Source: Anaerolineaceae bacterium UBA5224 | Lineage (GTDB): Bacteria; Chloroflexota; Anaerolineae; Anaerolineales; Anaerolineaceae | NCBI GenBank assembly: GCA_002409365.1 | Contig: DHUW01000090.1 | Span: 32,531 to 79,476 of the forward strand | Direction: 5' to 3' | Length of the DNA: 46,946 bases | Part shown: positions 1 to 8,433 of the stretch, piece by piece | Position numbering within the stretch: position 1 is the first letter of the stretch | How the letters are laid out: every line of letters starts with the position of its first letter | Position numbers and translations under genes: made by a program | The notes under the pieces: model-generated | Seen by the model: the letters and a program-made list of their open reading frames with translations, nothing else | What the model was told of the DNA's origin: nothing | The model's database searches: none

Positions 1-968
1 AGTCTGCCATCAGGTGAAAGCGAGGGCTGTTCTAGCAGGCTAAAGATACCGGTGTCGATTCTCTCAACTTGCTGTGTTTGAAGATCCACTTTCTGGAGGT
101 TGACCATACCCTGATGATTGAGCAGGTAAAAAATCGACCTACCATCAGACGTCCAGTTGATTGTCCGTTGTCCCTGGACCCAGGCTGGTGGGAGTAGGTT
201 TAGATTTTCGAGCAGCGTCTGACGATTGTCGAGTTCCAAATCCAGCACAACCAGATCATCAAATTCAGCAGTGTTTTGCAGCCAGGCGAGCTTGCTGCCA
301 TCCGGAGAAAAGGCAGGTTGGAAAACCGCCACATTGTCATCGCCGGCGATGTGTTTGACTGCCTCCAGGCTGGTGCCGCCTTCATTCAAGACTCCCAGCA
401 TCAGACGGGAGCCATCCCACGGCATGTTGGGGTGATCCCACTCCACCCAGGCTAAGAGCGAGCCATCGGGACTAAGCGTGGGGTGCATATAAAAATCGGC
501 GCCTTTTTGAAGAATGGCAGGCCATTCTGAGCCATCAGCCGGGACGCTGGCGATCACATCACGTTCTTCGTAAGTATGCACGAAAACAACAAAACGTTCT
601 TTCGGATCAAGCACCGGCGATGCACAGCCACCGAATCCAGGAGTAAGCGGTCTTGGCAAGCCTGTACCGTATGGTTTGGAATAGAGCCTTCCGCCCTTAT
701 CGCAGAAGATCACGCCCTTATTTCCAGCGAAGAAGTCACCGCCCCCATATCCAACCGCGCCAGCAGGATTGAACTCACCACTCAGGTTCCATGGCGCTTC
801 ATTTTCCCGCCAGGCAAAAAGACTGGTCTTGCCATCTTGTGATTGGGACCAGACCAGAGTTTTTCCATCTGGTGAGAATTGGACATCGTTCAGGCGGATT
901 CCCCCCGCGATCATCGCTGGGGAAACTGGGCTGGGCCAAAGCCCATAGGGGACTTTTTGTTTGCTCAT
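1..968 (-). CDS. S9 family serine peptidase (prolyl oligopeptidase/acylaminoacyl-peptidase-like), N-terminal beta-propeller part; 3' end runs off the window
   Basis: Minus-strand frame open from ATG at 968..966 to the window edge (absent from the ORF track because there is no stop in the window). My translation is MSKQKVPYGLWPSPVSPAMIAGGIRLNDVQFSPDGKTLVWSQ... with recurring SPDG(K/S)xL(A/V)W blades as in S9 peptidase propellers. Plus-strand ORFs 161..1039 are antisense shadows. Confidence 0.75.
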   Translation of the reverse strand, partial: MSKQKVPYGLWPSPVSPAMIAGGIRLNDVQFSPDGKTLVWSQSQDGKTSLFAWRENEAPWNLSGEFNPAGAVGYGGGDFFAGNKGVIFCDKGGRLYSKPYGTGLPRPLTPGFGGCASPVLDPKERFVVFVHTYEERDVIASVPADGSEWPAILQKGADFYMHPTLSPDGSLLAWVEWDHPNMPWDGSRLMLGVLNEGGTSLEAVKHIAGDDNVAVFQPAFSPDGSKLAWLQNTAEFDDLVVLDLELDNRQTLLENLNLLPPAWVQGQRTINWTSDGRSIFYLLNHQGMVNLQKVDLQTQQVERIDTGIFSLLEQPSLSPDGR

Positions 969-1158
969 GCTTCACCTCGTTGGCAAGTTTTCTTCATTAT
1001 ACACATGTGAGAGAGGAATTTTTGTATGAAGGGGTTTAAGTCTTCCTACAAGATTGGCAAAGGTTAGCTGCAAGCAATGATACAAGCCTCTCCATACAGC
1101 TTGCTGGTTTTCAAACCCAGTCCATACCCTGTAAATGGTTTTTTCTTCAAGAAATCAT

Positions 1159-1187
1159 TTGACGCGCCTGAAAGTGCGTGCTAAAAT
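1159..1187 (+). promoter_or_regulatory. sigma70-type promoter for tRNA-Lys
   Basis: TTGACG (1159..1164), 17-nt spacer, TAAAAT (1182..1187). The predicted TSS is a few nt before the tRNA 5' end at 1202. Confidence 0.55.
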
Positions 1188-1201
1188 ATCAGTCCCTTCG
1201 C

Positions 1202-1273
1202 GGGCGCGTAGCTCAATGGCAGAGCAGCGGCCTTTTAAGCCGTTTGTTGAGGGTTCGATCCCCTCCGCGCTCA
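1202..1273 (+). tRNA. tRNA-Lys (anticodon UUU)
   Basis: 72-nt cloverleaf folded by hand. Acceptor GGGCGCG/CGCGCTC (one G-U), D arm GCTC/GAGC, anticodon stem GCGGC/GCCGT, loop CTTTTAA, T arm GAGGG-TTCGATC-CCCTC, discriminator A. No encoded CCA. Confidence 0.9.
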
Positions 1274-1295
1274 TTTTTTATTTAACCTTCGGTGA

Positions 1296-2105
1296 TCACA
1301 GGTAGAACAAAATGATTGTCCCCAATATCAAAAATGGTGTGAGAGCCTGCGCATTGTTAAAACTCTGATAGCGTTTGGTAAAGATCAAACTGATCATCCA
1401 GAGGAACGAGTAGGCACTAAACAGAAGAAGTCCAAGTATGAGACCAACGGCAATTGCCGGCCAACCGCTCAGAAGCCCCAGGATCGTTCCGAACACAACA
1501 TCCCCAAAACCAAATGGCACTTGATTGATGGCTTTATGCCTTAATTTGCCGACAACCTTTCCAAACACCACTCCCAAAAAATAAAATGCCAGCATGATCA
1601 ACATACCGCCCAACGCCCCGTGTAAAGCGCCCAAAAGACCATGGAAATAAATGCCATATATAAGGAAAAGAATAAATCCAACCACGCTGGTTTCAATCAG
1701 GACCAGCCTGTGTTCAAAATCGATAACTACGATCAATCCCAAATAGATCAAAAGCGGTATTGTTGCCCAATAATTCAGCCCGTGAAATGGAAAGAAATTG
1801 AGCAAAACCGACAGAACTATGCTGCTAATAAGTACAATGCTGTATCTTGATGTACGTTTCTGGCTGCAATGAGGACATTGCCGCGCTAACAAATATTCTT
1901 TTAGGCTGTAAGGATGTTCACATTCCGGGCAAACCGGCTGGCTTAAGCGCCTGGAGGTTGGCAAAACATCCGCCAGATAATTGATCAGAACTCCGATGAT
2001 GAATCCAATAGCAATTTTGATTAAAAATGAAGGGATTTCTGAAAATTCAAAGTACAATGGATGTAGATAGATTTCCATAGCATTTTTTACAATACATAAG
2101 TTCAT
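1296..2105 (-). CDS. type IV prepilin peptidase (peptidase A24, PilD-type with N-terminal Cys motif)
   Basis: 269-aa polytopic ORF. It has the motif CPECEHPYSLKEYLLARQCPHC (CxxC...CxxC) and Asp contexts VVIDFEHRL and GFGDVVFG as in A24 aspartic peptidases. It is divergent from the flp gene. Confidence 0.85.
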   Translation of the reverse strand: MNLCIVKNAMEIYLHPLYFEFSEIPSFLIKIAIGFIIGVLINYLADVLPTSRRLSQPVCPECEHPYSLKEYLLARQCPHCSQKRTSRYSIVLISSIVLSVLLNFFPFHGLNYWATIPLLIYLGLIVVIDFEHRLVLIETSVVGFILFLIYGIYFHGLLGALHGALGGMLIMLAFYFLGVVFGKVVGKLRHKAINQVPFGFGDVVFGTILGLLSGWPAIAVGLILGLLLFSAYSFLWMISLIFTKRYQSFNNAQALTPFLILGTIILFYL

Positions 2106-2212
2106 TTGTTGTCCATCTCATTAATCATATTTATTTAGTATATCATTTAAGAATAAATTATTATAATTTAATATCAATATTCGTTATAAAGGATATTTAA
2201 TTACCAGATTAC

Positions 2213-2241
2213 TTGACTTACAAATAATTGGACGATACAAT
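2213..2241 (+). promoter_or_regulatory. sigma70-type promoter upstream of flp, overlapped by a near-palindrome
   Basis: TTGACT (2213..2218), 17-nt spacer, TACAAT (2236..2241). The 18-bp near-palindrome ACGATACAATTGCATCGT (2232..2249) overlaps the -10. Confidence 0.6.
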
Positions 2242-2307
2242 TGCATCGTAAAAATATCCACTTATTCACAAAAGAATAAGAACCTAGAGAAGCGGAGTAT
2301 ATGTAAC

Positions 2308-2508
2308 ATGTTGTATCAAGCTTATTTTTGGTTGAAAAATTTTCTTGGCACATTGCGCCAGGAAGAAGGTCAGGGTCTTGTTGAGTATGCCTTGATCTTG
2401 GTACTCATTGCCATTGTCGTCATCGTTGTTTTGCGGGCTGTTGGCGTTGAGGTTACTGGTGTCTTCGAGGACATCGTAACCGCTCTTTCAGGCGCAACCA
2501 CTCCCTAA
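2308..2508 (+). CDS. flp: Flp/Fap family type IVb pilin
   Basis: 66 aa. It has a leader, then the G/xxxxEY motif (EEG-QGLVEYALILVLIAIVVIVVL) and a hydrophobic helix. A GGAG RBS lies upstream. Confidence 0.85.
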   Translation: MLYQAYFWLKNFLGTLRQEEGQGLVEYALILVLIAIVVIVVLRAVGVEVTGVFEDIVTALSGATTP

Positions 2509-2526
2509 GAGTCTTTGTTTTCAACT

Positions 2527-2560
2527 CTCATAAAGTCTCTGGCAACGGAGACTTTATGAG
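2527..2560 (+). terminator. stem-loop just after flp (partial terminator or 3' stabiliser)
   Basis: Perfect 13-bp stem ctcataaagtctc/gagactttatgag with an 8-nt loop, 19 nt after the flp stop. No clean U-tract follows (aaagtttg). Confidence 0.45.
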
Positions 2561-2726
2561 AAAGTTTGATAACAAATCCCTTTTTACTTGTCCATCACCT
2601 TCCTTTTTATTAGAATGGACTGAATTAACAAATATTAATAATCGCTACTTGATTATTATTCATAATTTGTTGCTAATTTACAGTAACACATTATTCCAGA
2701 TCACAGATTCGAGATAGATTGTGTCT

Positions 2727-3707
2727 ATGCCGAAGAAAAAAAATAAATACTTGTCCACAGCAGCAAAGCTGTTTCTTGCTACCACCTTATTGATCACCGC
2801 TGTTGGATTTAATCTTCCCCCATCCCAACCAGAAGAGGTTTTTGCCCAGGCTGTATCTACCTGTCTCAACCGGTCAAATATTTCTCCGGAGGATCTTCAT
2901 TGGGTCTATGTGCCTGAGTCAGCTGACGAACTTTATACCGAAGAGCCCTACTACTATCTCGCAGGACAGTTGATCACCGAAGGGATCGTTGACGCCAGTT
3001 TTTGCCCTTCAGGTGGTCTGATGCTCAATGGATACGCCAATGCCTGTGGTATGGCAGCTGCCTTTGATGAGGTCGTTGCTGTTCAAAATTTAGTAAACGA
3101 ACCAATTCTTCAAGCTTTTAAGGATATTGGTACACCCCCAGTCTTGCTTAAGCAACTCATCCGCCAGGAAAGTCAATTCTGGCCATCAAACCCTGATGAA
3201 ATTCATTATGGTTATGGTCATATGACTAATATCGGAATACGCAATGCTATTCAGTGGAATTATGATCTTGATCAAAAGGTTTGCCCTGCTGGTGCCACTT
3301 GTGACACCGATTACCTGATCGCTAACGATATTCTCGAGTCTCTGGTGGCAACCTGCCCCGACTGTCCACATGGGGTGGATGTAGAAGCTGCAAGCCGAAG
3401 TGTTGACATATTAGCAGAATCATTGCTTGGCTACTGTTACCAGACAGCACTTTTAGTTTTTAACGCGACCGGATGGCATTCCAGCCTGGTTGTAGATTAC
3501 GCAACCATTTGGAAGTTGACTCTTATGAATTACAATTCGGGTTCACCTTGCACTTACAATACTCTCGTAAATACTTTCGAATTCACGCAAGGTCCCATTC
3601 GTTGGTCGGATATCACAGCCAATGTGACAGGAACGACATGTCGCCGAGGCTTGGAATATGCCAATCAAATTACCGCCAAAGCCTTCAATTTTCCGCCACC
3701 TGAATAG
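2727..3707 (+). CDS. secreted Cys-rich protein with SLT-like lytic transglycosylase motifs
   Basis: N-terminal signal/anchor (KLFLATTLLITAVGF). Motifs LIRQESQFWP (E-S), GYGHMTN (GLMQ-like) and LMNYNSG (AYNxG-like) occur in the order expected for family-1 SLT domains. The start may be GTG 2721 or ATG 2727. Confidence 0.55.
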   Translation: MPKKKNKYLSTAAKLFLATTLLITAVGFNLPPSQPEEVFAQAVSTCLNRSNISPEDLHWVYVPESADELYTEEPYYYLAGQLITEGIVDASFCPSGGLMLNGYANACGMAAAFDEVVAVQNLVNEPILQAFKDIGTPPVLLKQLIRQESQFWPSNPDEIHYGYGHMTNIGIRNAIQWNYDLDQKVCPAGATCDTDYLIANDILESLVATCPDCPHGVDVEAASRSVDILAESLLGYCYQTALLVFNATGWHSSLVVDYATIWKLTLMNYNSGSPCTYNTLVNTFEFTQGPIRWSDITANVTGTTCRRGLEYANQITAKAFNFPPPE

Positions 3708-3955
3708 CATTTAAATGGGTGCTAACAAGTTGTTGTACTTCTTGGTAATTTGAGTTATTTTATAACAATTAAGATAATTGAGGTACAATCTTTATCACCA
3801 GAGAGCGAATGGTTCAATGAATAATTGACAAGGGGCTTTTCTCGATGATTGATTCTGGTTGCCTTTGACACTTGACTTAAGCCTTTTAAAAAAAGCAGCT
3901 ACGCTTGTAAGCACAGTCAAGATCTTGCTCACAGGAGAACGAATAAAGGTACGAG

Positions 3956-4414
3956 ATGAAAATTAAATCTCTTGACCATCAGGAAAAGCGAACTTGCCAT
4001 TCTGCCCAGGCATTGACAGAATTCGCTTTAGTACTGCCTATCTTGCTGATCCTTGTACTGGGAGCGATGGATTTGGGACGACTTTTTTATTACAAGATTG
4101 TCCTGACAAACGCCGCCAGGGAAGGAGCTAATTATCTCTCACGCAATCCCGAGGTTATGACTTGCTATTCTGGGGTTTGTTATTACGAGAATACCTGGGA
4201 AGCTATTGAAACCGAAGGACAGAGTTCTGGAGTCACTATTTCTGTCGATGAAGTGGATTGGGAGTACACGAACTGCTGTAATGTTGGTGAGTTTGTGGCA
4301 ATCTCCATTGAAAAAGAAGTGGATCTAATTTTTGATGGATTTTTACGAACGATGCATATCATCTATGGTCCCATAACAGTGAGCGCATCGGTCAGAATGG
4401 TGGTGCATCAATGA
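3956..4414 (+). CDS. TadE-like minor pilin/pseudopilin
   Basis: The N-terminus SAQALTEFALVLPILLILVLGAMDLGR matches the TadE-family N-terminal hydrophobic segment. The stop overlaps the next start (ATGA at 4411). Confidence 0.8.
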   Translation: MKIKSLDHQEKRTCHSAQALTEFALVLPILLILVLGAMDLGRLFYYKIVLTNAAREGANYLSRNPEVMTCYSGVCYYENTWEAIETEGQSSGVTISVDEVDWEYTNCCNVGEFVAISIEKEVDLIFDGFLRTMHIIYGPITVSASVRMVVHQ

Positions 4415-4920
4415 AGAGGCAGCACTTAAGAGCCCAGGCATTGGTTGAGTTTGCATTGATCCTTCCTATCGCTTTATTTTTGATTTTAGGGTTTTTGGAC
4501 CTTGGCAGGGCAATATTCAATTACGCAACAATTTCCAATATGGTGCGTGAAGGTGCTCGCTACGCCATCGTTGATTCAACGGCTGCCGGTACCAACAACA
4601 CAGATCCTCCTTACCAGGAGACGATCGCCAGAATAAATTATTTTGCTTTTTCGCTACCTAAAGTCGATACGACCCCGACTAATATGCCTTGCTTTACAAA
4701 AGACACTACGGGGCAGGACGCTACCTGCACATTCACTGGTGAAGATATCATAATTGATATTACCAGGATATGGAACGGTAAATCTTATGAAAACATACAG
4801 GTAGAGGCGACATTTGCATTTAAACCTGTCACACCTTTTATAGCACACTTGCTTGCCGGTGCACCCAGCATTGATCTGGTGGCACGATCCACCATGCGTT
4901 TGTCTGGTTCGGTCAGATGA
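4411..4920 (+). CDS. TadE/TadF-like minor pilin/pseudopilin
   Basis: N-terminus RAQALVEFALILPIALFLILGFLDLGR. It is translationally coupled to the preceding TadE-like gene. Confidence 0.8.
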   Translation: MKRQHLRAQALVEFALILPIALFLILGFLDLGRAIFNYATISNMVREGARYAIVDSTAAGTNNTDPPYQETIARINYFAFSLPKVDTTPTNMPCFTKDTTGQDATCTFTGEDIIIDITRIWNGKSYENIQVEATFAFKPVTPFIAHLLAGAPSIDLVARSTMRLSGSVR

Positions 4921-4948
4921 TTAGAAAGTCTTTATAGAGGAGACTGAA

Positions 4949-6280
4949 ATGAAAAAAATAATTGGTCACAAATTGGAACATGGCCAGATTATCCCTGTTC
5001 TTGCAGTAGGAACTTTTCTTTTAGCGGCAATGGCAGTTTTGCTGCTGGATGTCGGTGCCATGCTGGTTTACCGTCGGTCAGCGCAAAATGCAGCAGATGC
5101 AGGCGCCCTTGCTGGTGCACGGATCCTTTGCAGCAACCAGGACCCCGATTTACCATCACAGGCTATTGGCGATGAGATTCTTCATTACACCGAAGTAGAA
5201 AACCATGCCACCCTGGTCGAATGGTATTTCACTGACGAAAACATCGGCGATACCGTTGGTTTACGTAAAGGAGAAATAGTAGTAACTGCTGAGGTCGAAC
5301 ACGAATCTTTCTTCGCGAAAATATTCGGCGATGATATCTTGTCTGCCAAAGCCACCGCAGGTGCTGGTTGCTTTCCATATCAAGCTGACATTGTCTTGCC
5401 GATCGCATGGTCCTGCCGACCGCCAGCTGCAGGATCAGCATCAGAGGATTGCGACATTATCAAGGTTGATTATGCCACGGTTGAGGAAATCGCTAATAAC
5501 CACCTGCCCAGATTCCCTCTTCTTCCGGGTGTAGATCCAACAGATGCTCAGGCAAGGGCGATCAGCGAAGATATGTTCGCTGTTTACCAGGACCGTACCT
5601 ATATTGTTATGGAATCTGATAAAGTGTGCGGTGACCCAACTGTAGACCCAAATACGATCAACTGTGATTGGTTGGACGATGGTGTTTCTCGAAACCAACT
5701 TGAAAGCGGCGGTAACCGGGGATGGTTGAACCTTGAAGGTGGACCAAGCAGCGCAAATCACTTGCGGGAATGGATTGAGCATGGTGCCTCGTCAATAATC
5801 CAACCTCATACCTGGCTCAATGGTATTCCAGGAAATAAGGCCTCAGTTTATACCTCTCTTAATACCCGGCTTGATGAGATTGTCTGGGTGCCTGTATTCA
5901 ACGTGATTTGTGGAGAATATCCAACCAACGCATGCTATGATGCAGCTCATGAATCCACTCCTCCAGGTCTTCCGCTTGACCCAGGACAACAATGTAATGT
6001 GGTACAAGGTTCAACAGATAATTTTTATTATCACATTATTACTTTCGCGCCATTTATGCCAACCTGCGTTCAGAAGCCTGGAAATGGTGAAGAGTGTCCT
6101 GGTTTTGCTTTAGCACAATTAAACAACCCTGATCCACAACATCCTGACGACCCCACGAAGTCAACTATTCCTGACAATACCCTTACCTTTGAAGGATATT
6201 TTGTAGACCCTGAAACACTTGGTGAAGGTGTCAGTTATGGCGCGGATCTGGGTATTTACACAGTATCATTGACCAGATAA
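4949..6280 (+). CDS. TadG-like pilus assembly protein (Tad N-terminal domain, Cys-rich C-terminal region)
   Basis: The N-terminus GQIIPVLAVGTFLLAAMAVLLLDVGAMLVYRRSAQNAADAGALAGAR is typical of TadG-type proteins. A GAGGAG RBS is present. I recognised no vWA motif. Confidence 0.7.
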   Translation: MKKIIGHKLEHGQIIPVLAVGTFLLAAMAVLLLDVGAMLVYRRSAQNAADAGALAGARILCSNQDPDLPSQAIGDEILHYTEVENHATLVEWYFTDENIGDTVGLRKGEIVVTAEVEHESFFAKIFGDDILSAKATAGAGCFPYQADIVLPIAWSCRPPAAGSASEDCDIIKVDYATVEEIANNHLPRFPLLPGVDPTDAQARAISEDMFAVYQDRTYIVMESDKVCGDPTVDPNTINCDWLDDGVSRNQLESGGNRGWLNLEGGPSSANHLREWIEHGASSIIQPHTWLNGIPGNKASVYTSLNTRLDEIVWVPVFNVICGEYPTNACYDAAHESTPPGLPLDPGQQCNVVQGSTDNFYYHIITFAPFMPTCVQKPGNGEECPGFALAQLNNPDPQHPDDPTKSTIPDNTLTFEGYFVDPETLGEGVSYGADLGIYTVSLTR

Positions 6281-6304
6281 TCATCAAATTCATGGAGGTT
6301 TTCA

Positions 6305-7147
6305 TTGTCTAAAAAAGTTAATGTAATTTTCATTGTTATTGTCGGGATTATCCTGATAGCGATTGGTGTCTTCGCTAGTTACGCCCTTATACAAGGTTTT
6401 CGAGGCGGCCAGCAACCTTCTTTTATCCAGGCAGAGACGATCAAGACAGACGTCGTTGTTGTGACCAGGGACCTTTTCCTGGGTGACAAACTCACAGAAA
6501 ACGATGTGAAACTTTCCTCAGTACCGGTTGAAGTTGTCCCTCGCAACGCAATGACCGATACTGCAGCCGTTGTGGGAAAGATTATAAAGACTGACATGAT
6601 CCAGGGCGAAATGGTGCTTTTGCATAATCTTGCCGATCCCACTAATAACAATGGCGATCTCAGTCTTGTCCTTAGCGAAGAACATGTCATGCTCGCCTTC
6701 CCGGCTGATGATCTCATGAGCCGTGAAAGTATGATCCAGCGCGGTGACATAGTTGATATCTTCGCCACATTTAAGGAAGAGGTTAAAACCATTGGTGAGA
6801 CTCAGACCGAACCAACTGAGCCTCAAATGAGAACCTTTACAGTTGACACTATGCAGAAAGTCGGTATAACTGCCTTAGTTCTTGAGGTCATTGAGGACGA
6901 AAATACAGCAACTAACCTTCAGCCAGGTCAAACTGGTGCAGATACGATTGTTAAACCCAAGTCCAAAATTCTGGCATACCTCCTTGCGTTAAAACCACAG
7001 GATGCACTGGTTTTAAAACATCTGAAAGATACAGGTGCCATCTTTGATATTGTGTTGAGAGCACCGACTTCCACAGTCCAGTTCGACCTGACCCCTGTCA
7101 CCGAAGAATACATTATCGAATTTTACGGACTTGAAATCTTACCTTGA
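6305..7147 (+). CDS. cpaB: Flp pilus assembly protein CpaB/RcpC
   Basis: TTG start 7 nt after GGAGG. It has a single N-terminal TM segment, then a SAF-like segment (VVVVTRDLFLGDKLTENDVKL...GEMVLLHNL) and an RcpC-like C-terminus. Confidence 0.75.
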   Translation: MSKKVNVIFIVIVGIILIAIGVFASYALIQGFRGGQQPSFIQAETIKTDVVVVTRDLFLGDKLTENDVKLSSVPVEVVPRNAMTDTAAVVGKIIKTDMIQGEMVLLHNLADPTNNNGDLSLVLSEEHVMLAFPADDLMSRESMIQRGDIVDIFATFKEEVKTIGETQTEPTEPQMRTFTVDTMQKVGITALVLEVIEDENTATNLQPGQTGADTIVKPKSKILAYLLALKPQDALVLKHLKDTGAIFDIVLRAPTSTVQFDLTPVTEEYIIEFYGLEILP

Positions 7148-7168
7148 TGGGAGAAATACGCTGATAAT

Positions 7169-8392
7169 ATGCCTACAAAAAAAACATCCCCTGAGCTTCT
7201 GCTGGTCTCAAACGACTCCTCTCTAATTGAAGCTACACGAAACAGCCTTGCCTCAAACGGCCCTGATTACTTAAATGTAATCAAGGGTTCTCGTGAGACT
7301 CTTAATCGGACCATTGACGCAACGCGACCGCAAGTAATTCTCTTGGATTTAAATTATGCTCCTGAGCCAATTATTTTGATTCAAGAGCTTGTCAATAAAT
7401 ATCCGCAAATCGCTATCATTCCCATACTTTCCGAAGAGCGTATGGTGGATGCCGATAAGGTTTTGTTGACTGGTGCACGTACCTTCGTCAAATATCCCTA
7501 CCAGCAAGACGCCCTGACAATCACGGTAAGCCGTGCCATAGCGATGATGCGTACAGAAGCACTGTTTGCTCCTGCGCAAGAGACAGAAAGTCTGAACAAA
7601 CGCAGCTATGTTTTTACTGTCTTCAGCCCCAAGGGAGGCGCGGGCACTACGACGGCGGCAGTAAATCTCGCCATCAGTCTACACAAACAATTGGGTGAAG
7701 AGGTTTTGCTCATTGATGGCAAACGTCTGTTTGGGCATGTATCCCTCTATCTGAACTTACGCACTGGTAATTCTCTGACAGACCTGATCCCCCATATCAA
7801 CCTGCTCGACAAACGCATTATCGACCAGGTGGTTGTACCTCATGTTTCAGGTATTAAAGTTTTACCCAGCCCACTGTCAATTCCCGATGGGCAGGGCATT
7901 CGTCCGGATGATTTATTTAAAATCCTGCAAGCTCTGCAGCTGGTTTATCCATACATCATTATTGACGCTGGTAATCATTTGGATGACAACAGTGTGACCT
8001 ACATGGATGCCTCAGATAAAATCCTGCTTGTTGCCAACCCTAATATTGCCTCTTTGCGTGATGCCCGCCAGTTTATGGAGGTTACTGCCACACTTTCTTA
8101 TCCTAAAGAGAAAACCTTATTGCTCCTCTATCAAGCCGGAAGAAGGTCAGATGTCAAGAAAGAAGAGATTGAAAGCATCCTTAAAATGAAGGTGTTCGGC
8201 ATCGTTCCCGCTGATGAAAACCAGGCACTCGCAAGCCTGAACGAGGGTGTTCCTTTGGTGATTCGAAAGGCAAATCACCCAATCAGCCGGGCATTTAAAA
8301 GCGTAGCGAAGAGTCTGGTCCAGGTGATCAGGAGCTCCGATATAAGAGCGGATGAAAATTCTATCAATGCTAAAAATAAACGTGCCAATTAA
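7169..8392 (+). CDS. cpaE: CpaE/TadZ-type pilus localisation ATPase (receiver-like N-domain + ParA/MinD ATPase)
   Basis: It has a deviant Walker A, FSPKGGAGTTTAAVNLA. The N-terminal ~120 aa are receiver-like (VILLDLNY...IIPIL). Confidence 0.8.
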   Translation: MPTKKTSPELLLVSNDSSLIEATRNSLASNGPDYLNVIKGSRETLNRTIDATRPQVILLDLNYAPEPIILIQELVNKYPQIAIIPILSEERMVDADKVLLTGARTFVKYPYQQDALTITVSRAIAMMRTEALFAPAQETESLNKRSYVFTVFSPKGGAGTTTAAVNLAISLHKQLGEEVLLIDGKRLFGHVSLYLNLRTGNSLTDLIPHINLLDKRIIDQVVVPHVSGIKVLPSPLSIPDGQGIRPDDLFKILQALQLVYPYIIIDAGNHLDDNSVTYMDASDKILLVANPNIASLRDARQFMEVTATLSYPKEKTLLLLYQAGRRSDVKKEEIESILKMKVFGIVPADENQALASLNEGVPLVIRKANHPISRAFKSVAKSLVQVIRSSDIRADENSINAKNKRAN

Positions 8393-8433
8393 ATTTCTTT
8401 TTATTTTTTTGAGCTTATTAAAGGAGTTGTGAA

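Noticed and set aside
161-1039. several 65-88-aa plus-strand ORFs at the left edge
   Set aside because: They lie opposite the open minus-strand S9 peptidase frame, which gives a coherent beta-propeller translation.
2555-2728. ~57-codon ORF after flp, considered as a second small pilin
   Set aside because: It has no G/xxxxEY motif and no hydrophobic helix. It starts inside the flp hairpin and lies in extremely AT-rich sequence. Probably non-coding.
3825-3853. possible internal promoter before tadE (TTGACA-17-ATTGAT)
   Set aside because: The -10 matches the consensus at only 3 of 6 positions, and other TTGAC-like strings nearby are equally weak. This is not enough for a feature call.
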